The translations under genes were made by a program, and so were the position numbers. 32,000 nucleotides of DNA from Halomicronema hongdechloris C2206 (GTDB lineage: Bacteria > Cyanobacteriota > Cyanobacteriia > Phormidesmidales > Phormidesmidaceae): contig NZ_CP021983.2 in assembly GCF_002075285.3 (NCBI RefSeq), positions 2,010,001 through 2,042,000 of the forward strand. Direction: 5' to 3'. Of the stretch, positions 1 through 9,700 are shown piece by piece. The notes below the pieces were generated by a model, which ran no database searches, had not been told where the DNA came from, and saw only the letters and a list, made by a program, of their open reading frames with translations. How positions within the stretch are numbered: the stretch's first letter is position 1; every line of letters begins with the position of its first letter.

Positions 1-846
1 CAAGTTGCTCCAGTAGGAATCGGGAATCACCGGGGCGGCTGCATCGTCAGCAGTAGGCACCAGCAGTGGTTGCAGCCACCGCTCTAGAGACTCTGCCGAG
101 AGTGGTGGCAGGGAAATCACCGGATTGAAATAGGCACCGATACTGCAGACTCGGTCTAGGAAGGCCCAGGCCCAGGTGTTACAGCCGATCAACCAAAAGT
201 AGTTTCCCGACTGACCCACGGCGTCCCGTAGCCACTCGATGCTACGCCAGCCTCGGATACAGCGCAGAAATCCCTGATGCAGCTGGGGAATGACGACCAG
301 GGTATGGCGGCGATCTAGCGGCGAGGTCTTGGTTTCTTCCTGAGCTGCGGCCGCGGCGGAGCGCTTCACCAGGGCCGCTTGAATCGGTTGAGCTATGCCA
401 TACTCGCGATTGGGTCGCCGTGACCAGGAAATGGGATGCATCACCTGCTCCACCGGTGAAGCCCAATCCTGAAAACAGGCGTGGAAAACGCTCTCCAGGT
501 TTTCGATGGGACTGCCCAAGACCACCAGGCTGTTGGCAGCATCTGGATGGCGTTGCCATCGCTCAACGGCCTCGGTGAGGGCCTGACGGATGGCATCCAC
601 ATAGTCGGTGGGGCAGCCTAGGGATTGGGTCGCCTGCTGGATTTCCAGCGTCCAGGCAGGCGGTAGCCCGTGGAGTGCTTCGTCAGGCGGGGTAGGATGC
701 GCCTCGGAAAACCAAGAGATGAGGCGATTGTAGGCGGAGCGAACCTGAATGCTGGCCATGCTCAGTTGCCGGGGTTTTTCCCACTGTACGCTCTGGTGTC
801 CTGTTAGGGTATGGGCTGTCGCCGAATCGCCTAGAACGGCAGTCAT
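1..846 (-). CDS. hypothetical protein, N-terminal 282 codons; the 3' end lies beyond the left window edge
   Basis: The reverse-strand frame starting at ATG 846-844 stays open for 282 codons to position 1 (MTAVLGDSATAHTLTGHQSVQWEKPRQLSMASIQVRSAYNRLISWFSEAHP...LVVLGSPIENLESVFHACFQDW...HTLVVIPQLHQGFLRCIRGW...NYFWLIGCNTWAWAFLDRVC...LPPLSAESLERWLQPLL). It is missing from the ORF track only because no stop lies inside the window. Its composition is balanced, unlike the Arg/Pro/Gly-rich shadow ORF 242..559 in another frame. No family recognised. Confidence 0.55.
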   Translation of the reverse strand, partial: MTAVLGDSATAHTLTGHQSVQWEKPRQLSMASIQVRSAYNRLISWFSEAHPTPPDEALHGLPPAWTLEIQQATQSLGCPTDYVDAIRQALTEAVERWQRHPDAANSLVVLGSPIENLESVFHACFQDWASPVEQVMHPISWSRRPNREYGIAQPIQAALVKRSAAAAAQEETKTSPLDRRHTLVVIPQLHQGFLRCIRGWRSIEWLRDAVGQSGNYFWLIGCNTWAWAFLDRVCSIGAYFNPVISLPPLSAESLERWLQPLLVPTADDAAAPVIPDSYWSNL

Positions 847-1357
847 CTGAGATGCCTTTGCGGCCCGATCAGACGTAGCCAGCGGTCTCGCGACGGCAGT
901 AAGTTTACAAATCCAAAGATTGCTTAATAGAAGTCGGAATATCCGACATCAAAGTCATCATTGGTCGTTAGAAGTCTTAACCGATGTTCATTGCATATTT
1001 GTCCGGATACTCCTATGCTCGGGAAAGCGGCGATTTTCCGAGAAAATTTATCCTTATTAGCAAATATAGCTCGGTTTTAGGTGTTCCTTGTCCATAGGCT
1101 AATCTGGCAGGCTGATCCTGTCTGGCACCACCTTTTTGAGGCGGTTCATAAGGGATTCGCGTCAAGATAAAGTACCCATCGAGGAGATAGCAGGTGATGG
1201 GGTGTTTTTTAGGCACAACTCCCTAAGTTCTCAGGTGGAGGCTATTCACCATGTGCTAGGTCACCTGCTGGCGCTTGGGCTAGAGGCCGTTCTGATCGCA
1301 TTTCAGTAGGTCTGTGGCTGTCCACAAATCAAAGTATTCCTTCGGCAATAAGGTTTA

Positions 1358-1416
1358 TGGACAGCATTCATAGACATCATTTATAGACATCATTTGTAGA
1401 CATCATAGGGACATCA
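1358..1416. repeat. tandem direct repeat of about 13 bp, consensus TAGACATCATTTR, 4-5 copies
   Basis: Read directly: GACAGCATTCA (1360-1370, degenerate), TAGACATCATTTA (1371-1383), TAGACATCATTTG (1384-1396), TAGACATCA (1397-1405), TAGGGACATCA (1406-1416). It lies about 220-280 bp upstream of ATG 1637 in the divergent intergenic region. Confidence 0.85.
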
Positions 1417-1636
1417 AGCTATGGCGGGACCCTGCCATGGGCTGGCTACTGGTGAGTCAGTTTAGGCCAGGTCAATTGCCTGTTAGCAATGAAGGTTTTT
1501 TTATGCAGTCAACAGGCCATCAGAGGCTCGCAGTTTCCTGGTTGCGATGGCGATGATGGCCCGGTAATGCTGACAAAAACAAGTCAGTGAATCAGCAAGT
1601 GTATTAACCCTGCGGCACTAATTTTAGGGGCATCTT

Positions 1637-3703
1637 ATGGTTACCATTCCCATCTATGAGGATTTGTCCATTGGTCTGGAGGGAACGCAGGGTCAGAGTG
1701 GTGTGGCCATTACGGGGTTGCAGTTAGCGGCGATATCGGTGCCCCTGCCGCAGGTGGCTAGGGTTACGATTCCCCAGAAATTCTTTCTGTCTGAGGCTGA
1801 TCGGCTGCGGCTGCGGCCAGCCGATGAAGTCCTTAACCAGACCTTTGAGTTCCCGGCTAGGGAGCTGCGCTTAGATGGGGTGCAAGTTGCGATCGCATGG
1901 AACAGCCTGCGGCTGCAACTGCGGCTACCGATTACCGGCGCCCCAACCCTACGCCTAGACCTCGTTGGCCTCGCCCTCAGTACTCCCCTAGTCCCCGGCT
2001 TTGACATCAACGGCCACCTCTCCCTGGCCTTTAGCTTGGACGGAGGGCTGCTGGCTGAGGAGTCCCGTTTCCAGCGCTTCGAGCCCGATCCCAGCAATCT
2101 GGTGCCCCTGGATATTCGGGGCTTCAAATTAGACGACCAGTGCTTCGCCGTGCGCTGGGGCGAGACCAATCTCAATTACTGGATCCAACGGCTGGTGCCC
2201 AACTTCGCCGATCAGAGTGCCCCCATCGAGAGTGAACTCACGCTGCGGCTGCTACTGGGCCAGCCCCTAGAGGAAATTCGCCTAGATTGGGCCGTCTCCG
2301 GCATCGGCAAGACCTTCACCCTGCCGGGACTGCAGATTCAAACCCCCGATGCGGTGCGCTTCACCCTGCTGTTGCAGGCCCTAGAGACCCCCGATCTGCT
2401 GGATAATCTGGCCTTCCTACTCACCCTGGATGCGCCTGCCGACCCTAGTAACCCTCGGCCCGGGGAAGCCCTGACCGCCTCCAGTAACTTTGCCTGGGAG
2501 CGCCCCAGCGGTAGCAGTCAAGACCGGGAACTACAGCCTTCAGCAGATGAGACTCCTCCGGCCCGGCCCTTTCTGCAGATGCAGGCCATCCCCAACCAAG
2601 GCATCAGCCTGGTGCTGCTGAGCCTGACCTTGAATGAGCTGGCCCTGCCCCAGTTTTTTCGCCAACTAGACAGTACCCTGGAAGCCCTGAACTTAGAGGA
2701 TCCAGAGTCTCTCCATGGCAAGAGTGTCAATAGCTTTGAAGATTTTGTCCCCCTCAGCAGCAGTATCTGGGGGCGAGCAGAGGAGAGCGATCGCACCGGC
2801 CTCAGTATTACCCTCAACGACCCCTTCAACCTCCCCTTCCTGAACCGGCCCGGCAGTAACCAGACCGATGCCAGCGGCAACACCAGCCCAGCCCAGAGTA
2901 TCCGGGTGCGCTCACCCTTCCCTCTGCAAGTCTTCATCGACTTTGCCACCACCGCCGTGGCCGTTCCCATCGACGCCGAGGTCAGCATCGGCGCCCTCAG
3001 CTTTGCCACCCAGATCACCCTAGAGCTGAATTGGGAGACCTTCGCCTTTCGGGTCAACCACGACGGCGGTATCCGCCTGATTTCCGACGGCGAGGCCCTA
3101 CCAGAAAAACAAGTTTCTAGGGCTAACCTGGCGGTTCATCGGCGGCGCCTTCACCGAGGAGCGCAATGGCCTGGAGCGCTACCACCACCTCACCCTGATC
3201 ACCAAAAACTACGACTACAAGATCATCCAAGCCCCCGAGGCCGTGGTGGAAATCGACTACACCCGGGCCAGCCAAGACCCCATCACCTTTGCCCTCAGCG
3301 ATCTGGTGATTTCAGCCCAGGGCTTGAGCCTGACCGCCGAGGTCACCGACCGACCAGCCCGCCTGAATGGGGTCGACACCCGCTTCCGCTTCCACGGCAG
3401 CCGTCTCAGTATCGTCGAAAATCGCATTCAAGATTTTACCCTGGCTGGATCGGGGCCCTTGCCGCCGGCACTGGTGGGGGATGCCATGGTGGATGTCTCC
3501 CTGCAGTTTGCCCAACGAGACGGCAACCTCACCCTGGTGGAAGGAGGAGCAACCCTCTCCGGAGAAAAGCTGCTGCACTGCCAGGGCACCCGCTTTCAGT
3601 TCTCGGTGGATGCCATCGGCCTCAAGTTCGTCAACGACGGTCAGTTCCACCTGTTTTTCACCATCACCGGCAGTGCCCAATTTACCCTGGCCCCCGGCGA
3701 TAG
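1637..3703 (+). CDS. giant-protein gene A, 5' segment (about 490 authentic codons; the tail of this ORF is probably out-of-frame overlap)
   Basis: ATG 1637, frame 2. The translation is protein-like up to ...FRVNHDGGIRLISDGEALPEKQ (about nt 3107). After the A5 run 3105-3109 it becomes Arg/Pro/His-rich (LAVHRRRLHRGAQWPGALPPPHPDHQ...). Frame 0 opens at 3081 and carries the sensible continuation into the next ORF. Confidence 0.6.
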   Translation: MVTIPIYEDLSIGLEGTQGQSGVAITGLQLAAISVPLPQVARVTIPQKFFLSEADRLRLRPADEVLNQTFEFPARELRLDGVQVAIAWNSLRLQLRLPITGAPTLRLDLVGLALSTPLVPGFDINGHLSLAFSLDGGLLAEESRFQRFEPDPSNLVPLDIRGFKLDDQCFAVRWGETNLNYWIQRLVPNFADQSAPIESELTLRLLLGQPLEEIRLDWAVSGIGKTFTLPGLQIQTPDAVRFTLLLQALETPDLLDNLAFLLTLDAPADPSNPRPGEALTASSNFAWERPSGSSQDRELQPSADETPPARPFLQMQAIPNQGISLVLLSLTLNELALPQFFRQLDSTLEALNLEDPESLHGKSVNSFEDFVPLSSSIWGRAEESDRTGLSITLNDPFNLPFLNRPGSNQTDASGNTSPAQSIRVRSPFPLQVFIDFATTAVAVPIDAEVSIGALSFATQITLELNWETFAFRVNHDGGIRLISDGEALPEKQVSRANLAVHRRRLHRGAQWPGALPPPHPDHQKLRLQDHPSPRGRGGNRLHPGQPRPHHLCPQRSGDFSPGLEPDRRGHRPTSPPEWGRHPLPLPRQPSQYRRKSHSRFYPGWIGALAAGTGGGCHGGCLPAVCPTRRQPHPGGRRSNPLRRKAAALPGHPLSVLGGCHRPQVRQRRSVPPVFHHHRQCPIYPGPRR

Positions 3704-6700
3704 CCCCAATGGCCCGCTGGCGCTGCTGAGCGCCGTGCAGCTGCAGCTGGTGGAATGCCCCCTCACCGGCGATGCCAGCGTCATCGCCGAGCATGTGAAC
3801 TTCGTGGTAGAGCTGCCAGAGCCGGTCAGCTTCAATTTCCTTGGCTGCTTCGAGATGGAAATTCGGGGCATCGGCTTCGTACCCCAGTTTGAGAAATTTG
3901 ACAACGAAGCAGCCATGCGCATCTCCGGGCAAGTGAAATTTGCCCAGGGCGGCGGCGACGCCCTCAGTGCCCGCATCGATGTCCACGATCTCTACATCGG
4001 CTTACCGCGGCCGGGGAGCTTTGTGCCCCGGCTCTACTTCCGGGAGCTGGTGGTGGAAATCACCTCCGGCGAAGCCTTCAAACTCTACGGCGTGGTGGAG
4101 ATGATCGACGAGGCCGATGCCCAGGGGTTTGCCGGGGAAGGGCGCATCGAGATCAAGGGCTTGCCCGTGATCGCCGCTAGCTTTGCCTTCTTGCGGGTGC
4201 GCCGTGATGAAACCGCTCCTTGGGTCAGGGCCTGGTTCGTCTTCCTGCAGATTGAGCAAGTCACCTTCCGCATTCCCTATGTGGAGTTATATATCCGGGA
4301 AGTGGGGCTGGGCTTCGGCTATCGCTATACCCTGGCCAGTATTCGGGCCGCCGATGAGGCAGGGGATCTGCAGGAACTGCTGTCGCAGTTACGTAGTCTG
4401 TCCCGCACTCAGGGGGATCTGACCCGACGCGATCGCTGGGCAGTCGATATCGAAGGGGAAGGGGAAGCGCTGCGCTGGACCATTGTATTGCGGGCGTTGA
4501 TCTCCCAGACCTCAGCCTCTCCCAATTCCCTACGCTGGATCGAGCAGGCGGAGCGGGTATTGCCCTGCCTCTATGTGTTTGATGCCATTATTGCCTTCCG
4601 CAGCGATCTCACCTTTTTTATGGCGGTGCGCTGCTGGTTTAACACCAACTACTGGGGCTTCGTCAACGATGTGGATGGCCTACGGGAGCGGCCCCTACTC
4701 ACTGGGTTTGTGTTGTTGTCGGTACGGCAGAAGCGGTTTTTAGCCCAGATTGCCTCGAATCCGGAGGGCAGTTTGGGCCATATCGTGCCGATCCCCCCTC
4801 TAGTAGAGCGGATCGTCAACAATGCTCAATTTTCCGCCACCCTGCTGATCGAGCCGGGCCTAGTCATGCGGAATTGGGCTGGCCCAATATGTTGCGCTGG
4901 TCTAACAAGATTGGTCCCTGGATGTGGAGATCCGCGGCGGCGCCATCTTCCGCACCACAGCAGATTATCTGGTGATTGGGGTCGCTTCTTGGCCCGGGCC
5001 AGCTTCCGCTTCCAAGCCGAGCGCAATCTCCGGGTGTTTGGGGCTCGAGTCACTGCCGATGTCAACGGAGCCTTCGGAGCTCGCTACATTGGCTTGATGG
5101 ATTTCAACGATCCAGTAGCCGATTCCGCCTTCTATGCGGCCATCGGTATCGAGGTGCGCATCCGCATTGCCATCGAGTTCTGGATCAAGTTTCTATTTAT
5201 TGAGAAGAGCTTTGAGTTCAGCGTCTCCTTGGAGTTCACCGCTGCCATGGAAGTGGGGGTAGCCAGCCTCAACCCCTCCGACGCCGGCTTCCGGGCTCGA
5301 GGTACTCTGGCAGTGCGGTTCATGGGCCGGGGGATTCAACTCAGTGTCAGTCTTGGCTTCCGGGAAGAGAAGGTAACCATCGCCCAGCGACGGGTAGAGC
5401 CTTTCCTAGGGGTGGGGTTAGAGGCCACCGATGTGGAGGCGGTGCCTGGGGTAGAACCGGCAGATGCCGGAGGGAATGGCCAAACTGTCTTGGCCACGGC
5501 GACCTCAGGAGGTCCCCCCCCGACCCCGGCTGCTGCCTTCCTGGCCACCGGCCCCCGAGCCACGACAGGCACTCCCCCGACAGCCCCCTCCGTCCTAGGG
5601 TCGTCGGTGGGTGCCAGCGCAGGCAGGGCTCCCCAGGCCTTGACTGCGACCGGCGTGGATGTAACTGCCGTATTGGCAGCCCTAGAGGGCATCACCTTAC
5701 CCGCCCCCAGCCCCCAGAGACCGCCTTACCACCCCAACTACGATGTCTTCTTGATTGACGACCCCGACGATGGGTCCGATTACCACTACTTCGTGCTGGT
5801 GCCCCGGGGGAAGCTCCGCAGGCAGCACTGCCCTAGAAGAATTGGCTTTTTGCCGGCACCGCCTATGGACGATCAGGGCAATTTCGTCCAGGTGGAACAG
5901 GATTTTGAGTTGACGATTCCGGCGGCAGACTTGACCTTGGAACAGTACGATCCCATCGCTGCTGATTGGGTGACCCGTCCCTTAGGGCAACCCTTCAGCT
6001 GGCAGGTGGCCTGGACGGCCCCGATCCTGACTGGTATAGAGTTTGATCCTGCTACAGAAACTCCGCGCACCGATGGCAGTGGAGTGCCAATCCCAGGAGA
6101 ACAGCAGCTGCAAGATTACCTCACCTATGCCTTCAAGGTAGACGGGGAGATTGACCAGGAGCGCATCATCGCCGATCCAGATCCGCTGTGCCAGGACCGC
6201 CACCAGGCCAGCAGCATTGCCGATGAGCGCGTGCATAATCCCAGCGAAGATGCCTTCGAAGCCGCAGTGCGGGGGGCTTTAGAGCAGTTCCGGGGCTCCC
6301 CTTACTTCAAGCGGGATCCCAACTCTCCCTACGATCACGCCTTAGATGGCGCCTTCCAGGCCACCACCACCATCTACAACGACTCTGGTGCCATCGATGA
6401 GGCTGCCGACATTAACCAGCAAGCTCACCAGTTACGGGGCTTGGTAGTGCACGATCTGGTCAATGATCTGCGCAGCTATGCCGAGGCTGCCCTCGAGACC
6501 AAACCCGATGTTACTGCCATGATCGGCTTCCAGATGGGGTTAGTCTTTCGCTGCACGGGTTCTCTGCCGACTTGGCTGACGGAAGCGGTCACAGAGCCTG
6601 ATAAGACTAATACCGATTTTGATCCAGCCACGGCCTCGATTCCCATTCTCTATCAGCGGCTGGGACCGCATAGTCCCCGTCCCGATAAGTCCCAATACGG

Positions 6701-9700
6701 CTGTGTGCGCACCTTCAACATTGCCGCCGCCAACTTCGCTCTCAACCCGCCCCAGTTCCAACGGATAGAGCAATATACCGACGCCAATACCATTGCCCTG
6801 GCCTGGGATCTGACCTGGGCCCAACCCCCGGCCCTGAACTGCAGCGAATGTCAGGCCGAGCCGGAGCACCATCTGATCCACTACCAGGTGCGGCGGCGCT
6901 CCCTCGATGGCGGCGAGCGGGAGGTGAGCTACACCGTTAAGGGTGCCGAAGCTCTCCACTACGAGACCCGCTTTCAGATCACTGCCGAGACCCTCCAGAC
7001 CCTGACCCAGGCCCTGGATGCCCAGGCTCAGCCATCCCTGTTGGCGGAACTGCAGCAGATCCTAACGCCCCTGATGGATCGTTCTTTCCAGGGACAACGG
7101 GCCTTTCTGGCTGCCCTAGAGCCAGTCTTGACGGAGCTACAGCAGCAGGGAGCCAGCTCCGCTCAGGTGGCCCAGTTGCAAGCCCTGCTCTTGCAAGCTG
7201 CGATAGAGCCGGGGAGTGGCCTGTTGCAACGGCTGCAACCGCGCTTCCAGCTAGTGGATCACTTCAATGCTGAGACCCTGGAAGACCAAGCCGCCCTACC
7301 GGTTACTGGGCGTAGCTACCTCTACAGCATCACGCCGGTAGATTTGGCCGGTCATAGCGGCCGTCCCCTCACCCTGGTGGCGACCCGCTATCCCAACGAG
7401 CCGCCCCGGGTGCCCGTCAATGGTCGGCTGATTATGCGCTATGACCTGCAACAGCAGGGAGATACTGTGGTAGTACGCTACCCCAATCGCCAGGATCCCC
7501 TGCTCTCAGACATCCATCCCGAGCGTCCCACCCTGCCGACGGTGCTGTTGCCTACCTTGGAGCCAGACGGCGAGGAGGTCGAGCTGGGCATTGAGGTCAC
7601 CTGGCAGGATCCTCAGCCCCAGCGAGAGGGGCCACGAGTACCCATCGCCACTTACCGACTGATCTTCCGGCGAGAGACGATTCTGCCCATCGGTAGCTAT
7701 GGCCTCGATAATTCCATCCAGGGCCCCCGCACCAAGACCTTGCCCACCAGCAATGCCCGCCCCCTGCCCACGGATATCAAAATCGATGTGATTCCCAGTG
7801 GTCCTCAGGAGGCCAGGCGGGCTCGAATTCCCTTGGAGACGCTGCAGCAGACAGGCATTTTCCCAGCAGGGGAAGCTGCTCTCTGGCAGCCGCAAGCCTG
7901 GCGGATTTATCTGCAGACCATTTCTGCTAATCAGGTGCCCTCGGCCCTGGCCCCGGTGGAACTGGTATTGCGGTTTGACTCTCCCGATGGCCGGGAAGAG
8001 AAGCAACCCTCCGAACTGGAGTGGGTACCCAAACCCATCCGCCTGCCGGTATTGCCTCCAGAAGACCAGCGGGCCACCACCGGCCCGGCCCACTTCCCCA
8101 TGCCTCGACCGGATCGCTTGAAGTTCCAGGGCACTCCGGCCCAGGTGGCGGCAGCAGTTCACTATGGCAGCCATCCGGCTGGACTGCGGTTGATTCGCTT
8201 CCGCTGGAATCAAGGTCCTAGCGGCCAGGCGGATTATCCCACCGACCTCAATGGTGGCTATGAGCTATTGCAGCTGGATGCCGATGCCCATACCGATACT
8301 GTGTGGGCAGGCCAGGCTGGACAGACGGAACGCTTTGCCCGGGCCTGGCAACCGATTCAGGATGTGCAGATGTTGCCGGGGGTAGGATCTGCTACTCACC
8401 CCCGACGACACCCTGTCTACGGGGCAATGGAGGCCTGTACCGCAGTGAAGTCGTCTTCGCCCCTCGAGCCAGGGGAACGGGGAGAGGGATCTCAGATTCC
8501 TAGGGGGCCCTGGTATTCCTGGCGGGAGTCGATTCTAGTATGGCCCCAGTGGCAGCGGCCCCAGGCCATTGACCGAGCTAGTGATGCCGAGGCGGCGGCC
8601 TTGCATCCCCTGTTGCGGAAGATTCTGGATGACTTAGGCCGGAACTACACCCTGGATCTGCAGACCAATGTGCCCATGCAGCCGGTGGAATTCGCTCCCT
8701 TCATGGATGCCACGGCCTTTAAGGCGGACCCCTATGGCTGGGGAATCTTGCAGCGTCTGGGCTTAAGCATCACCGTGTCGTTGCGACAGCGACGGAGCAA
8801 TGATCTGTTGACAGGTCAGGAATTGTTGCAGGTCTTGTTACCTGTGGTTGATGTCAATCAACAGGACCCTGCCTACCAAGGCCATTATTCCCACCTGCAT
8901 GTGGAACTACTGGTGCAGCCCAGTCGGCGGGTCAGCCCTGGTCCCTTAGAGGGCTTAGCTCCGGATGCTCTATTGGGCATGGTACAGCTGAGCATGCGCC
9001 CCACCATTCGCCAGGTACAGCGGTATGGTCAGGTGACAATTACTGGCACCGGTAGCACCTCGGTACAGGTGGCCTTTACGCTGAATGGTCCTTGTACTGT
9101 GATCAATCAGGCTGATGCAGCCGGTGGCCAACTGGAGTTGGAGCCCTCTGGCGATGACGACAAGCCCATCGTGCGCAGCCTGCGCCTACCTCTCACGGGC
9201 AAATTAACGCTGCTACTGCGGGGACGGCAATTGCCTACGGTGGCCCTAGAGCCAGTGAGTAATTTGCCGCAGGGGGCTCGGGAACCTTCGATTAGCCCGG
9301 TCGAGCCCTTTGCAGCCACCGATGAGCGCTCTACCTACTTCACGGTGGCTGTGGAGACTTTGGCCAACGCCTTCAGTGATAGTACGCCGGTATCGGCAGC
9401 TCAGACCCAATGGCGGCGATTGAAGGCTTATCTGGAGTTTCTTAACCCCGATGACGATGCCAGTGCTAACCCTCGCCTGCGCCTTCCCACCGATGCCGAT
9501 GGCATTGCGGCGGTGTTACCTGACTTCTTGGCCTGGTCGCAGCGATTCTTCGATGCCAACGGTGCCACGGTGATCGATGCCGGGGGTCTGGCCGTCACGG
9601 ACTCAGGGCCATGGCTGGTGACGGCCTATCCCCACAGTGGCTCTCCCGCCTATGCCAGCCCCGACCGGAGTGGGCGGCTGAGCTATGACCATGTGCTGGA

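Noticed and set aside
242-559. The tracked 105-aa minus-strand ORF.
   Set aside because: It is off-frame relative to the 282-codon open frame 846..1 on the same strand, and its product is Gly/Arg/Ser/Pro-rich.
1013-1216. A 67-aa minus-strand ORF in the long intergenic region.
   Set aside because: GTG start, no SD, odd composition, and an isolated position. There is not enough evidence for a gene.
2291-2314. A P-loop pattern match, AVSGIGKT ([AG]xxxxGK[ST]), in the N-terminal part of gene A.
   Set aside because: The context (EEIRLDWAVSGIGKTFTLPGLQ) lacks the preceding hydrophobic beta-strand and any downstream Walker B. This short pattern occurs frequently by chance in long proteins.
3101-3113. 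Programmed ribosomal frameshifting at CCAGAAAAACAAG as the explanation for the gene A break.
   Set aside because: The required shift is +1. The sequence is not a known +1 motif, and it does not form an X XXY YYZ -1 slippery heptamer in the zero frame. I saw no obvious downstream structure, and some twenty other breaks in the locus lack any such motif. An indel in the A-run is simpler.
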